Below the pieces are notes generated by a model. That model saw only the letters and a program-made list of their open reading frames with translations, ran no database searches and was not told the origin of the DNA. Shown in pieces: positions 29,021 to 38,890 of a stretch of DNA of 62,738 nucleotides. Origin of the DNA: an uncultured Rhodospirillaceae bacterium (GTDB taxonomy: Bacteria > Pseudomonadota > Alphaproteobacteria > JAEUKQ01). The stretch is taken from assembly GCA_964414755.1 (NCBI GenBank), contig CAYPXH010000005.1:1-62738 (forward strand), written 5' to 3'. Each line of letters starts with the position of its first letter. The first letter of the stretch is position 1. The position numbers and the translations under genes are program-made.

Positions 29021-29437
29021 ATGATTCTTGGAATTGGTCTTGATATCGTTGACATTAGACGTATTGAAAAAGTGTATCAGAAATATAGAGACAAATTTTT
29101 ATTCCGTATTTTTACACCAATTGAAATTGAACGTGCACGTCGGCGTGCTGATATTTCAGCAACGCTCGCTAAACGTTTTGCTGCAAAAGAAGCTTGTGCA
29201 AAAGCCCTAGGCACAGGGTTTCGTGATAACGTTGTCTGGCGTGACATTGGCGTTATTAATCTGCCAAGTGGTCAACCAACGTTGGAATTGACAGGTGGGG
29301 CTGCCGAACGTTTGAAAAAAATAACCCCATCTGGCATAAAAACAAAAATTGATTTAACAATGACAGACGAGTATCCTCAAGCACAAGCTTTGGTCATTAT
29401 ATCAGCCTGGATGCCATTTTTTGAAGGAAAACTATGA
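29021..29437 (+). CDS. acpS: Holo-[acyl-carrier-protein] synthase
   Basis: 138 aa with [15 protein letters not shown] and [14 protein letters not shown]. Confidence 0.9.
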   Translation: MILGIGLDIVDIRRIEKVYQKYRDKFLFRIFTPIEIERARRRADISATLAKRFAAKEACAKALGTGFRDNVVWRDIGVINLPSGQPTLELTGGAAERLKKITPSGIKTKIDLTMTDEYPQAQALVIISAWMPFFEGKL

Positions 29438-30255
29438 ACACGCAACTGAATCGTACAACTGGTGCAAAACTAAACCCTAAGAAAAAAGAATCATCTTTAT
29501 GGTCTTTTATCAAAACGCTTATTTATGCTGTTTTAATCGCGTTAGTTATTCGAACATTTGCGTATGAACCTTTTAATATACCTACAAAATCAATGGTGCC
29601 AACTTTATTGGATGGTGATTATATTTTTGTATCTAAATTTGCCTACGGATATAGCGGTTATTCGTTCCCTTTTGTTACCTTGCCAATTGAAGGGCGTTTT
29701 TTGAGTTCGCCTCCTGAAAGGGGTGATGTTATTGTTTTTCGGTTACCCAAAGATGGCAAGACAGATTACATTAAACGGTTAATTGGCCTACCTGGTGATG
29801 AAATTCAAGTTAAGAATGGAATCCTTTTTATTAATAACCAACCTGTGAAAAGAGAAAAGGTCGAAGATTATATTGAAACATCGCCGACTGGTGTTAATTA
29901 TCGCTATTCTCAATATATTGAAACACTTCCCAATAATCGCCAGCATTTTATTATTGAACGTAGCGATACACATGTGCCGTTCGACCGTGATCCATTGGTG
30001 CCTGCGCCCTTCAACACAGCCGATAACACACCTGTATATAAAGTTCCGGCAGGACACTATTTTATGATGGGAGATAACCGAGATAATTCTGCTGATAGCC
30101 GTGTTTTGTCTCAGGTTGGTTACATTCCCGAACGTAACCTCATAGGTAAGGCACAATTACGTTTCTTTTCTTTGCGTGATGGTGCAAGTATTTGGCAGGT
30201 TTGGCTTTGGTTCTCGAAGATAAGAACAGAGCGCTTATTTACGGTTATTCACTAA
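29434..30255 (+). CDS. lepB: Signal peptidase I
   Basis: 273 aa with catalytic Ser in PTKSMVPTL, Lys in [11 protein letters not shown], and [11 protein letters not shown]. Overlaps acpS by 4 nt. Confidence 0.93.
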   Translation: MNTQLNRTTGAKLNPKKKESSLWSFIKTLIYAVLIALVIRTFAYEPFNIPTKSMVPTLLDGDYIFVSKFAYGYSGYSFPFVTLPIEGRFLSSPPERGDVIVFRLPKDGKTDYIKRLIGLPGDEIQVKNGILFINNQPVKREKVEDYIETSPTGVNYRYSQYIETLPNNRQHFIIERSDTHVPFDRDPLVPAPFNTADNTPVYKVPAGHYFMMGDNRDNSADSRVLSQVGYIPERNLIGKAQLRFFSLRDGASIWQVWLWFSKIRTERLFTVIH

Positions 30256-30268
30256 GATACCACCTCTA

Positions 30269-30991
30269 TTGGAGAGATTTATAGAGAAATCTGTGATTAG
30301 CAAAAAAAAATTAACAACCGAGCAGCAAAAATATTTTCAAGATTTATTGAAAATTGCCGTCAATGACTCACAAATATTAGTGCAGGCACTTACGCATTCA
30401 AGTGTGGGTACCAAAGACAATGAAAGGCTAGAATTTTTGGGTGATAGAGTCTTAGGATTAGTGATTGCAGAATACCTTTATCATCATCGCCCAACAGAAC
30501 AAGAAGGTGGGCTTGCAAAACGCCTCGCGCATATGGCTAGTAAAGATATATTAGCCAGCATAGCTATAAAAATTGGGTTGCATCAAATTATTTTCCTGTC
30601 GAAATCAGAAGAAAATGGGGGCGGACGTGCTAACACAACTATTCTAGCAGATTGTTTTGAGGCAGTTATCGCTGCTGTTTATCTAGAATATGGATTTGAT
30701 GTTGTACGAAAACTTATTTTAGCTTGCTGGGATGATCATCTATGTTCTGATGGTGCTCCGCCCGTTGATCCCAAAAATATTTTACAAGAATGGAGTCAGG
30801 CAAATACTTTATCTTTGCCAGAATACCGAGTGATATCACGCACGGGCCCAGCACATCAACCATTATTTGAAGTTGCTGTTTATATTTTCGGTTATCAAAC
30901 AGTTACTGGTCAGGGCAGCTCTAAAAAACTTGCTGAACGTCACGCGGCGCAGAATTTTCTTGCCCAAATTGGATTAGTTAATGATAAATAA
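30269..30991 (+). CDS. rnc: Ribonuclease III
   Basis: Signature ERLEFLGDRVLG plus a C-terminal dsRBD (PKNILQEW...G.GSSKKLAERHAA). Start is uncertain: TTG 30269 lacks an SD, and GTG 30293 is an alternative. Confidence 0.88.
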   Translation: MERFIEKSVISKKKLTTEQQKYFQDLLKIAVNDSQILVQALTHSSVGTKDNERLEFLGDRVLGLVIAEYLYHHRPTEQEGGLAKRLAHMASKDILASIAIKIGLHQIIFLSKSEENGGGRANTTILADCFEAVIAAVYLEYGFDVVRKLILACWDDHLCSDGAPPVDPKNILQEWSQANTLSLPEYRVISRTGPAHQPLFEVAVYIFGYQTVTGQGSSKKLAERHAAQNFLAQIGLVNDK

Positions 30992-31042
30992 GTGCCATGG
31001 CCAGTTGGGCATCATGAACATCACTTTTGTTGACAAATTGTA

Positions 31043-31954
31043 ATGACAAATAATCAAACCAATCAATTTTGTGCTTTTATTGCTATTATTGGTGCGCCTA
31101 ATGCCGGTAAATCCACGCTAATGAATAAAATTGTTGGGCAAAAAATATCGATTGTCTCACCCCGTGTCCAAACAACAAGAACGCGCATTCTAGGTGTTTT
31201 AGTACATAATCAGGCGCAGTTGGTTTTTATTGACACTCCCGGGATTTTTGAGGCAAGCAAAAATTTCGAGAAAGCTTTGGTTAAAAATGCTTGGCAAGCA
31301 CAGCATGATGCTGATTGTGTTATGGTTGTTATTGACGTTTCAAAAAAACCTGCTTTTGCGCAAATCAGAACAATAATGACTAAAATAACTAAGCTATCAA
31401 GCCAAAAAAAAGTTGTTTGTGTTTTAAATAAAGTTGATCTTGTCGATAAACAAGCCCTTTTAGAATTAGCTAAACAATTATGGGATCAACAAATATTTCA
31501 AGAAATTTTTATGGTTTCAGCAATTACAGGTGAGGGAATTGACAAGTTAATTGCATATCTAGTTAAAAATTCTCCTGAGCAGCCATGGCATTTTCCTTCT
31601 GATCAGGTTTCAGACTTACCATTAAGGCTATTGGCGGCCGAAATAACACGTGAGCAGTTATTTTATCACGTACATGATGAAGTTCCCCACGATTCAATCG
31701 TGATACCAGAATCTTGGAATGTTAAAAACAATAATGAATTGGTTATTCATCAGGTAATTTATGTAACAAGGTCAGGACAAAAGGCTATTGTGATTGGTGA
31801 TCAGGGGCAAAAGATTAAAGCTATTCGCTTGGCATCCCAACGTCAGTTAACAGAAATAATGCAAACCAAAGTGCATTTATATCTAAAAGTTGATGTAAAC
31901 CCGAAATGGCAGGAAGATCAAAAATTATTAAAGTTGGTTGGTTTTACACCATAA
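31043..31954 (+). CDS. era: GTPase Era
   Basis: 303 aa with G1 GAPNAGKST, G3 DTPG, G4 NKVD and a C-terminal KH domain. Confidence 0.93.
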   Translation: MTNNQTNQFCAFIAIIGAPNAGKSTLMNKIVGQKISIVSPRVQTTRTRILGVLVHNQAQLVFIDTPGIFEASKNFEKALVKNAWQAQHDADCVMVVIDVSKKPAFAQIRTIMTKITKLSSQKKVVCVLNKVDLVDKQALLELAKQLWDQQIFQEIFMVSAITGEGIDKLIAYLVKNSPEQPWHFPSDQVSDLPLRLLAAEITREQLFYHVHDEVPHDSIVIPESWNVKNNNELVIHQVIYVTRSGQKAIVIGDQGQKIKAIRLASQRQLTEIMQTKVHLYLKVDVNPKWQEDQKLLKLVGFTP

Positions 31955-31976
31955 AGCCCCTTTAAGGGGCTTTATG
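31953..31976. terminator. Bidirectional terminator between era and the 5'-nucleotidase gene
   Basis: AAAGCCCC-TTTAA-GGGGCTTT, overlapping the era stop codon. Confidence 0.7.
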
Positions 31977-31992
31977 GTTGTTACAATACTAC

Positions 31993-33642
31993 TTAGTTTT
32001 GGCGTTTAATCCTTCCTTCAACAGCCGGTGACACCAATTTCTTGCTGTCTAAAAGATGCTGAATATATGAGCTTAAGGCCTCTTCAAGATTCATACCGTT
32101 ATCAATCGGGTTAATAGCCTTTTCTTTGAAAACAGAAAATCCATCACCACCAGCACGTAAGAAATCGTTTGTTACGACTACATAAGTGGCTTGTTCATCT
32201 AATAAAACAAACTGACCATCTGCAGTTTTTACTTCTATTGATAGAATACGGCTGCCAACAGGTTTTGTTGCATCCCAACTATAGCGTAACCCGCTGACTT
32301 GCAAGAATCTACCTGTTCCTTCATTTGTTGTGCTTTCGGCGCGACTAACACCATTTTCTAATGCAAGTCTCACATCGCTTCCTTTTAAGCCAAAGACAGA
32401 AACGCTATTTGAGAATGGTAGAACTTCAAGAATCTGTCCATAATTGATAGGTCCTTTAGGAATACTTGTGCGTATTCCACCACCGTTTTGGAAGGCAATC
32501 TGGGTTTTTTGCTTTTGTGTTGCAAAAAGCAAAGCATCACTAATGAGGTTGCCTAGGTTACATTCTTGGTGGCGGCAAATTTCACGGCTACCAACCAATT
32601 CTGTTTCTGTTGTTCCAACTTGTCGTTGACGGAAAACTTGTAGTGGTTCGCTCAATTCTTTAACCATCGACAACACTTGTTGATCTTGTGGAACGGTGTG
32701 ATCAAGTAAAATAGGTTCGCCTTGCCAGCGTACCGGAATACCTTTGTCATTAAAAGTAACCTCAAGATTACCAAGATAAATTCCAGCATAATAAGCTTGC
32801 GCAACTAGAGCAGGATCTCCAGACGGCGTTTTAACGACAATAGGATATGGAGCAACAGCTTCTTTGCGCTGGTTGCTTTGTAGGCTGTGGCTATGACCAC
32901 CGATATAAACGTCTACACCACGCACCATTTCCGCAAGTTTAATGTCTTCAGCTAGCCCAATATGTGTAAGGGCAATGATTTTATTAACACCTTGGGCTTC
33001 TAAAACCTTGACCTCGGTTTCTAGGGAATTTTTAAGTTCTTGGAATGTTACGGTTGACCCGGGGCTTGATAAAATTGGGGTATCTACGGTAATTAAGCCG
33101 ATAATACCAATTTTTTCACCTTTTTGATTAATAACGAGCGATTTTTTAATAAATTTATTCAGATTTGGTTCTTGCTGGGCATTAATATTGGCAACGATCA
33201 TATTTAAATCTTTGCTGTTTTTTAGGAACTCAACTAATTCGGCAACTCCATTATCAAATTCATGGTTACCAAGAGTGACAGCATCAAATTTAATATAGTT
33301 TACAAATGGCCAAAGGGCTGCACTTTTATAATAGGTATAGAATAAGCTACCCTGAAAAAAATCGCCAGCATTAAGAACCAACAATGGCTGGGTAGCTTTC
33401 TGTTGACGAATTTGGTTAATCATACCAGCCATGCGTGCAAAACCACCATAACATTTCTGCGCTTCAGCGTCTTTAGCAGTACAGCTTGACCCACTCATAG
33501 TGACTTGATCAAGGCGGGCGTGAACATCGTTATTGTGAATGATCGTTAGCGTATATTCTGTGGATGTGTTTTGTTGTGCGTGTGCGGTAATCGATAAAGC
33601 CATTAAAGGCAGAATAGCCGCTTTTTTTATGAAACTAATCAT
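31993..33642 (-). CDS. Secreted bifunctional metallophosphatase/5'-nucleotidase (UshA family)
   Basis: Start moved to ATG 33642 (MISFIKKAAILPLMALSITAHA signal peptide), with AGGAGA upstream. Metallophosphatase motifs HNNDVHAR, GDFFQGS, GNHEFD and GGHSH, plus a C-terminal 5'-nucleotidase domain. Confidence 0.85.
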   Translation of the reverse strand: MISFIKKAAILPLMALSITAHAQQNTSTEYTLTIIHNNDVHARLDQVTMSGSSCTAKDAEAQKCYGGFARMAGMINQIRQQKATQPLLVLNAGDFFQGSLFYTYYKSAALWPFVNYIKFDAVTLGNHEFDNGVAELVEFLKNSKDLNMIVANINAQQEPNLNKFIKKSLVINQKGEKIGIIGLITVDTPILSSPGSTVTFQELKNSLETEVKVLEAQGVNKIIALTHIGLAEDIKLAEMVRGVDVYIGGHSHSLQSNQRKEAVAPYPIVVKTPSGDPALVAQAYYAGIYLGNLEVTFNDKGIPVRWQGEPILLDHTVPQDQQVLSMVKELSEPLQVFRQRQVGTTETELVGSREICRHQECNLGNLISDALLFATQKQKTQIAFQNGGGIRTSIPKGPINYGQILEVLPFSNSVSVFGLKGSDVRLALENGVSRAESTTNEGTGRFLQVSGLRYSWDATKPVGSRILSIEVKTADGQFVLLDEQATYVVVTNDFLRAGGDGFSVFKEKAINPIDNGMNLEEALSSYIQHLLDSKKLVSPAVEGRIKRQN

Positions 33643-33892
33643 GACTATATTGTTCTCCTGATAATATGCTAGATGGCGATTAAAGGGAATCTTTTGGTGC
33701 AAGATTTAATTGTTGCTAATAGCACCGAAATATTTTATCTGCAAGTTATAGTAATAAAAATTATTATACTTTAAAATGTAACGCATATGTGTGCTGAGAT
33801 TAGATATCTTTAAAAGACGCTTACCTGCCTAAGAATCGTATAGGGTCTTTTACAAACAGCACATCAAATTTTTGAACGGGATACCGTTTTCA

Positions 33893-34693
33893 ATGGAATG
33901 GGTAAGTGAAGGTTTTATTATTGCCGTGCGAGAACATGGCGATAATCAAGCAGTAATTAATATCTTTACCGAAAGATACGGTCGCTGTCAGGGACTTTTA
34001 TATGGCAGGCAAAATAAAAAGAATATTCCTACCATGCAGGTGGGTAATTTAGTGCAAGCGACCTGGAAAGCAAGAATTGAAAACCAGCTTGGTTATTTTT
34101 TGCTTGAAATTCAACAAGATAACAGCCGCCATATATTTTCCAATTATTGGGCATCTCATATTATCGCAGCAGCAGCAGAATTAATCTATCGGCTATTTCC
34201 CGAGCGCGAACCGCATGTCCGCACCTATAGACATTTACGACAATTGTTTCCTTTATTAAGTAAATCGCTTATGCACGCAATTCAAGAATATGTTAAATGG
34301 GAAACAGTGGTGTTAGCAGATATTGGTTATGGTTTAAATTTAAGCAATTGTGCTGTAACCGGCCAATCCTATGACTTAAGTTATGTCTCTCCGAAAACCG
34401 GACGTGCTGTATCAGAGTCAGTGGCACAAAATTGGGTGAATAAGCTTTTAATTCTACCAAATTTTTTACAAGTCAGTGATGAAAAAAGCTTGAGTGAAGC
34501 AACAGAATCAACGTCTATAATAGAACTGATTCATGGACTGAAATTAACAGGTTTTTTTATTGAAAAGTATGCGATGGCACAACTCTCAACGACACTAAGC
34601 TTGCAGGCTAGAAGCCGTTTAATAAATGTGGTTAACACTGCAATAAAACAGCATAAGGAAAGATCGGTGACAAAAGTTGGAATAAGTACATGA
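33893..34693 (+). CDS. recO: DNA repair protein RecO
   Basis: Start at ATG 33893 (MEWVSEGFIIAVREHGDNQAVINIFTERYGR), a typical RecO OB-fold N-terminus. Confidence 0.82.
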   Translation: MEWVSEGFIIAVREHGDNQAVINIFTERYGRCQGLLYGRQNKKNIPTMQVGNLVQATWKARIENQLGYFLLEIQQDNSRHIFSNYWASHIIAAAAELIYRLFPEREPHVRTYRHLRQLFPLLSKSLMHAIQEYVKWETVVLADIGYGLNLSNCAVTGQSYDLSYVSPKTGRAVSESVAQNWVNKLLILPNFLQVSDEKSLSEATESTSIIELIHGLKLTGFFIEKYAMAQLSTTLSLQARSRLINVVNTAIKQHKERSVTKVGIST

Positions 34694-35958
34694 CAAAGCT
34701 TTTTGGTCAAAGGCATATTGCTGTTATTGGATCCGATTATGCGGCACTTGCGTCAGCTATTTATTTAAAACTTGATGGTCATCAGGTAACCTTGTTTATG
34801 CAAGAAGAGCAGAAGAAATATAATCAGCAAAATTTAATGCCCGGTATTATGGCGCCGTTGCATACGTCTCTTTTTGCAATGATTAATGGTGTGCTTAAAA
34901 ATATTCTAAAGGCTGCCCGTAAGAATCCTGAATTTTGGGCACTAAAGTGGTCATATATTTTAAAAAATATAGATATTGTTCTGCGCATGTATCAAAATAA
35001 CAAAAAGTCTAAATTGCTGTCGCAACTTAAAGATATGCACCTATTATATGGACGATCCAATGAAGTCTATAAAGAGCTTTTAGGTGATCAAGAGGCACAG
35101 AAATGTTTTTTAGAATGTGGGGGATTTGTGTTTTTAGACAAAAATATCGATCCTGATAAAAACCGCGAATACGGAAAATTTATTGGTGATTATGGTATCC
35201 AGCATGAATTACTAGATCAAGCAACAATATTTGATTTTGATCCATCACTACCCAAAGATTTGGGGGACATTTTATACCTACCGGGAATTAGCCTTATTCC
35301 TAATCAAAACATATTATTATCAAAACTTTATGATCAATTATTAAAAGTTGGTGGTGTTGTTGAACAAGTGGAAATAAAAAGCTTTGCTTATGATGGGTTA
35401 GGTCCAACAGAAATTATTACTGAAAGCAGCCGTTATCCAGTTGATGCCGTTGTGCTGGCAGGTGGTGCTGATTCTAAAAGACTTTTGAAGGAATTAGATT
35501 ATAAACTGCCTTTGGCCACGAATCGTCTTTACCATATTAATTTCTATGATCCAGGGTTTACCATAAGACTGCCTGTTTTTTTCCCTGAGGATGAACTGTG
35601 GATTATGCCAACCGATACAGGGATTAAATGTATCGGTGCACGCGAATGGTTGATGAGGGATGATCTTAAGCCTAATTTTAATCGTACCAACTGGTTAAAA
35701 CAAAAAATACTTCACAAATTCCCTGCGGCTAATTTATCGAATTATGACGAGATAGTTATAAAACATGCCTGTTGGCCAGATTTTTTGCCACTGATTAGCA
35801 GTTCATCATTACACCGGAATGTTTTTTTTAGTATAGGCTATGACCATGCTGATATTGGGCTTGCGGGGGTAGCAGGTCAATTGTTAAAAAACTTGGTCTC
35901 AGACAACGATCCTGGGGTTGATATTAACGATTATTCTATTGGTCGTTTTGACTCTTAA
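34690..35958 (+). CDS. DadA/DAO-family oxidoreductase-like protein with degenerate dinucleotide-binding motif
   Basis: 422 aa, collinear by eye with D-amino-acid dehydrogenase. The N-terminal GxGxxG is IAVIGSDYAALASA (G-S-D-Y-A-A), and the C-terminal GHG..G block is GYDHADIG. Start overlaps the recO stop (ATGA). Confidence 0.6.
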   Translation: MTKLFGQRHIAVIGSDYAALASAIYLKLDGHQVTLFMQEEQKKYNQQNLMPGIMAPLHTSLFAMINGVLKNILKAARKNPEFWALKWSYILKNIDIVLRMYQNNKKSKLLSQLKDMHLLYGRSNEVYKELLGDQEAQKCFLECGGFVFLDKNIDPDKNREYGKFIGDYGIQHELLDQATIFDFDPSLPKDLGDILYLPGISLIPNQNILLSKLYDQLLKVGGVVEQVEIKSFAYDGLGPTEIITESSRYPVDAVVLAGGADSKRLLKELDYKLPLATNRLYHINFYDPGFTIRLPVFFPEDELWIMPTDTGIKCIGAREWLMRDDLKPNFNRTNWLKQKILHKFPAANLSNYDEIVIKHACWPDFLPLISSSSLHRNVFFSIGYDHADIGLAGVAGQLLKNLVSDNDPGVDINDYSIGRFDS

Positions 35959-35999
35959 GGTTAGCTTTTATACAGTAGTATCAGGGAACACTTAATTAT

Positions 36000-38240
36000 A
36001 TGACGTCAGAAAATATTTTATCTAATACGCAAACTGTTGATTTAGTACCGGCTTTAAGCCAACGTTATTTGGCCTATGCTATGTCAACAATTATGTCCCG
36101 TTCATTACCGGATGTGCGTGATGGGTTAAAACCTGTGCATCGTCGTTTATTATATGCCATGCGACAATTACAGCTTTATCCAACAACAAGTCATAAAAAA
36201 TCAGCCCGTGTGGTTGGTGACGTTATCGGTAAATACCACCCTCATGGAGACAGTGCTATTTATGAAGCGATGGTTCGCTTAGCACAGGACTTTGCACAGC
36301 GCTATCCACTGGTAGATGGTCAAGGTAATTTTGGTAATATTGATGGTGATAATCCTGCCGCCATGCGCTATACCGAAGTACGTTTAACTGAGGTCGCTGA
36401 ACTGATGTTAAAAGGCATTAATGAAGATGCTGTAGATTTTCGTCAAACATATGATAATGAAGGAAATGAGCCTGTTATTCTACCTGCCGCATTTCCAAAC
36501 CTACTGGCAAATGGGTCACAAGGAATTGCTGTTGGCATGGCAACCAATATACCACCACACAACATCCTTGAAATATGTGATGCCCTAGTGTTGCTTATAA
36601 AAAAACCTGAAATAACTTGTGCTGATTTGTTGGAAATTATTGCGGGGCCAGATTTTCCAACTGGTGGGGTTGTGTTAGAAAGTAAAGAGAATTTAGTTAA
36701 AATATATGAACAGGGTCGTGGCTCGGTCAGAGTTCGTGCTAAATGGCACGAAGAGAAACTAAAGAGTGGGTTATGGCAGGCAGTAATCTTTGAAGTTCCC
36801 TATCAAATACAAAAATCTAAATTAATCGAACAGATAGCCCAATTAATTGATGAGAAGAAACTTCCCTTATTGGAAGCTGTGCGTGATGAATCCACCACAG
36901 ATGTGCGAATCGTTCTTGAGCCAAAAAACCGTAATATTGACCCGATTATTTGCATGGAACAGCTATTTCGCCATACCGATCTTGAGATTCGCTACGCGTA
37001 TAATCTGAATTTATTAAATGCCGATAATGTGCCTGGTGTTATGAGTTTAAAAGACATATTGCAAGCTTATCTTAATCACAGGCTGCAGGTGCTGGTTAGG
37101 TCAAGTAAATACAGATTAGACGAGGTTGAAGGTCGTCTTCACATATTAGATGGTTTATTAAAGGTTTATTTGAATTTAGACGAGTTGATTCGTATTATCC
37201 GTGAAGAAGAAGAACCAAAAAACGTTATGATTACACGCTGGAATCTCAGCGATATGCAGGCTGAGGCAATACTTAATATGCGGTTACGCTCGCTGCGTAA
37301 AATTGAACAGATTGAGATTGAATCCGAGCATCAAAAGCTGGTGTACGAACAAAAAACGATACAAGGACTATTAAAAGACCATAAGCTTCAATTACATGCT
37401 GTCCATCATGAAATTGAAGGCCTAAAAAAATTATTTCTAAAGAATAAACAACTTGGGCAACGGCGTACGGAAATTACCAATCCCATAGATTTTGATCATA
37501 AGATCGATATGGTTGATGTACAGCTTCCATCCGAGCCAGTTACGGTTTTTTATTCACAAAAGGGCTGGATTAGGTCTTATAAAGGACATCATGATAATAT
37601 ATCAGAGGTAAAATATAAAGAAGGGGATGGGCCATATTTAACCATATTGGCAAATAGTAATGACCAATTGTTACTGTTTTCGAACCAAGGACGTGTTTAT
37701 AGTTTATCAGTCCAAGATTTACCCGGGGGACGTGGTTTTGGAGAACCGCTACGCTTGATGATCGATCTGCCACAAGACCAAGAAATTATAGCAACAAGCG
37801 TTTATAACCCACAGTTACAATTATTGCTTATCTCGCAGCGGGCAAAAGGTTTTATTGTAAAAGCAACAGATATTTTTGCACAAACCAAGAATGGAAAACA
37901 GGTTTTTAATTTAAAACCTGACGATAACTTAAAATTCGTAATACCTGCTGGTGACGCTAATCATCAATTGCATGTGGCTTTATTAAACTCATATCAAAAA
38001 TTATTAATTTTACCTGTTACGGGAATCCCAATTATGGTTAAAGGACAGGGAGTTATTCTGCAAAAATCATTACCGAATGCAGAAATTACACAAATTCAAG
38101 CTATTCAATCAGGTCAGGGGTTATCGTGCCAAATTCGTGGCCGTTTACAACAATTAACTGACTATAAAAGATGGCTTGGTAAAAGGGGGCAGGTAGGTGG
38201 GGGGGTTGAAAAAGGGTTTCAGCTTATTCAAGCTCAATAA
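36000..38240 (+). CDS. parC: DNA topoisomerase IV subunit A
   Basis: 746 aa with [14 protein letters not shown], active-site Tyr in [10 protein letters not shown], and YHPHGD. Its shorter C-terminal domain fits ParC rather than GyrA. Confidence 0.88.
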   Translation: MTSENILSNTQTVDLVPALSQRYLAYAMSTIMSRSLPDVRDGLKPVHRRLLYAMRQLQLYPTTSHKKSARVVGDVIGKYHPHGDSAIYEAMVRLAQDFAQRYPLVDGQGNFGNIDGDNPAAMRYTEVRLTEVAELMLKGINEDAVDFRQTYDNEGNEPVILPAAFPNLLANGSQGIAVGMATNIPPHNILEICDALVLLIKKPEITCADLLEIIAGPDFPTGGVVLESKENLVKIYEQGRGSVRVRAKWHEEKLKSGLWQAVIFEVPYQIQKSKLIEQIAQLIDEKKLPLLEAVRDESTTDVRIVLEPKNRNIDPIICMEQLFRHTDLEIRYAYNLNLLNADNVPGVMSLKDILQAYLNHRLQVLVRSSKYRLDEVEGRLHILDGLLKVYLNLDELIRIIREEEEPKNVMITRWNLSDMQAEAILNMRLRSLRKIEQIEIESEHQKLVYEQKTIQGLLKDHKLQLHAVHHEIEGLKKLFLKNKQLGQRRTEITNPIDFDHKIDMVDVQLPSEPVTVFYSQKGWIRSYKGHHDNISEVKYKEGDGPYLTILANSNDQLLLFSNQGRVYSLSVQDLPGGRGFGEPLRLMIDLPQDQEIIATSVYNPQLQLLLISQRAKGFIVKATDIFAQTKNGKQVFNLKPDDNLKFVIPAGDANHQLHVALLNSYQKLLILPVTGIPIMVKGQGVILQKSLPNAEITQIQAIQSGQGLSCQIRGRLQQLTDYKRWLGKRGQVGGGVEKGFQLIQAQ

Positions 38241-38333
38241 ATTTTTTACTTTAATTTTTTTGCTGTATAACTTTACTATTAAAGTATGTTTGCTTTGTTG
38301 ATATGTTTATTTGAAAACATATGGGAGGATCAA

Positions 38334-38888
38334 GTGCCTTTTACACATCGTATAATACGATCTATTGATTATATTAACGAATATTTGGGGCGTATAACAG
38401 CCTGGTTGGTGCTGGGATGTGTTGTAACATGCTTTCTTGTGGCATTTTTACGCTATGTGTTCAGCATCGGTTATGTTTGGATGCAAGAGTTATATGTTTG
38501 GCAACATGCCTTAGTTTTTATGTTGGGTGCTGGATATACATTGTTGCATGATGGGCATGTACGTGTTGATGTTTTTTATAGTAAATTATCACCCAAAGGA
38601 CAGGCTGTTGTTCAAATTATGGGAACTTGCTTCTTTCTTTGGCCGTGGCTATTTGTCGTATCATTTTATGGTTGGTCTTTTATTAAAAGTTCTTGGCAAA
38701 TATTAGAGGAATCACCTCAAACAGATGGTCTTCCAGGGTATTTTGTGCTTAAGACGGTTATTTATGTTTTTTGTATTATCATTTTTCTTCAAAGTTTTGC
38801 GCATATTTTACGTAGTCTTGTGCTTATCTTCCGTGGGTATGAAGTGCCACGATTTGTCCCTTCTGAAACTATTGGTCAGGGGAAATAG
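38334..38888 (+). CDS. TRAP transporter small permease (DctQ/FcbT2-like)
   Basis: Start preferred at GTG 38334, preceded by GGGAGG. The ORF-track ATG 38286 is also possible. Four predicted TM segments, immediately upstream of the large permease. Confidence 0.8.
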   Translation: MPFTHRIIRSIDYINEYLGRITAWLVLGCVVTCFLVAFLRYVFSIGYVWMQELYVWQHALVFMLGAGYTLLHDGHVRVDVFYSKLSPKGQAVVQIMGTCFFLWPWLFVVSFYGWSFIKSSWQILEESPQTDGLPGYFVLKTVIYVFCIIIFLQSFAHILRSLVLIFRGYEVPRFVPSETIGQGK

Positions 38889-38890
38889 AA

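Noticed and set aside
38195-38215. G7 homopolymer (GGTGGGGGGGTT) near the 3' end of parC, and an A9 run at about 30304 in the rnc 5' region, considered as slippage or phase-variation sites.
   Set aside because: Both reading frames are intact as given. parC and rnc are essential or core genes that are unlikely to be phase-variable. Nothing in the sequence indicates slippage.
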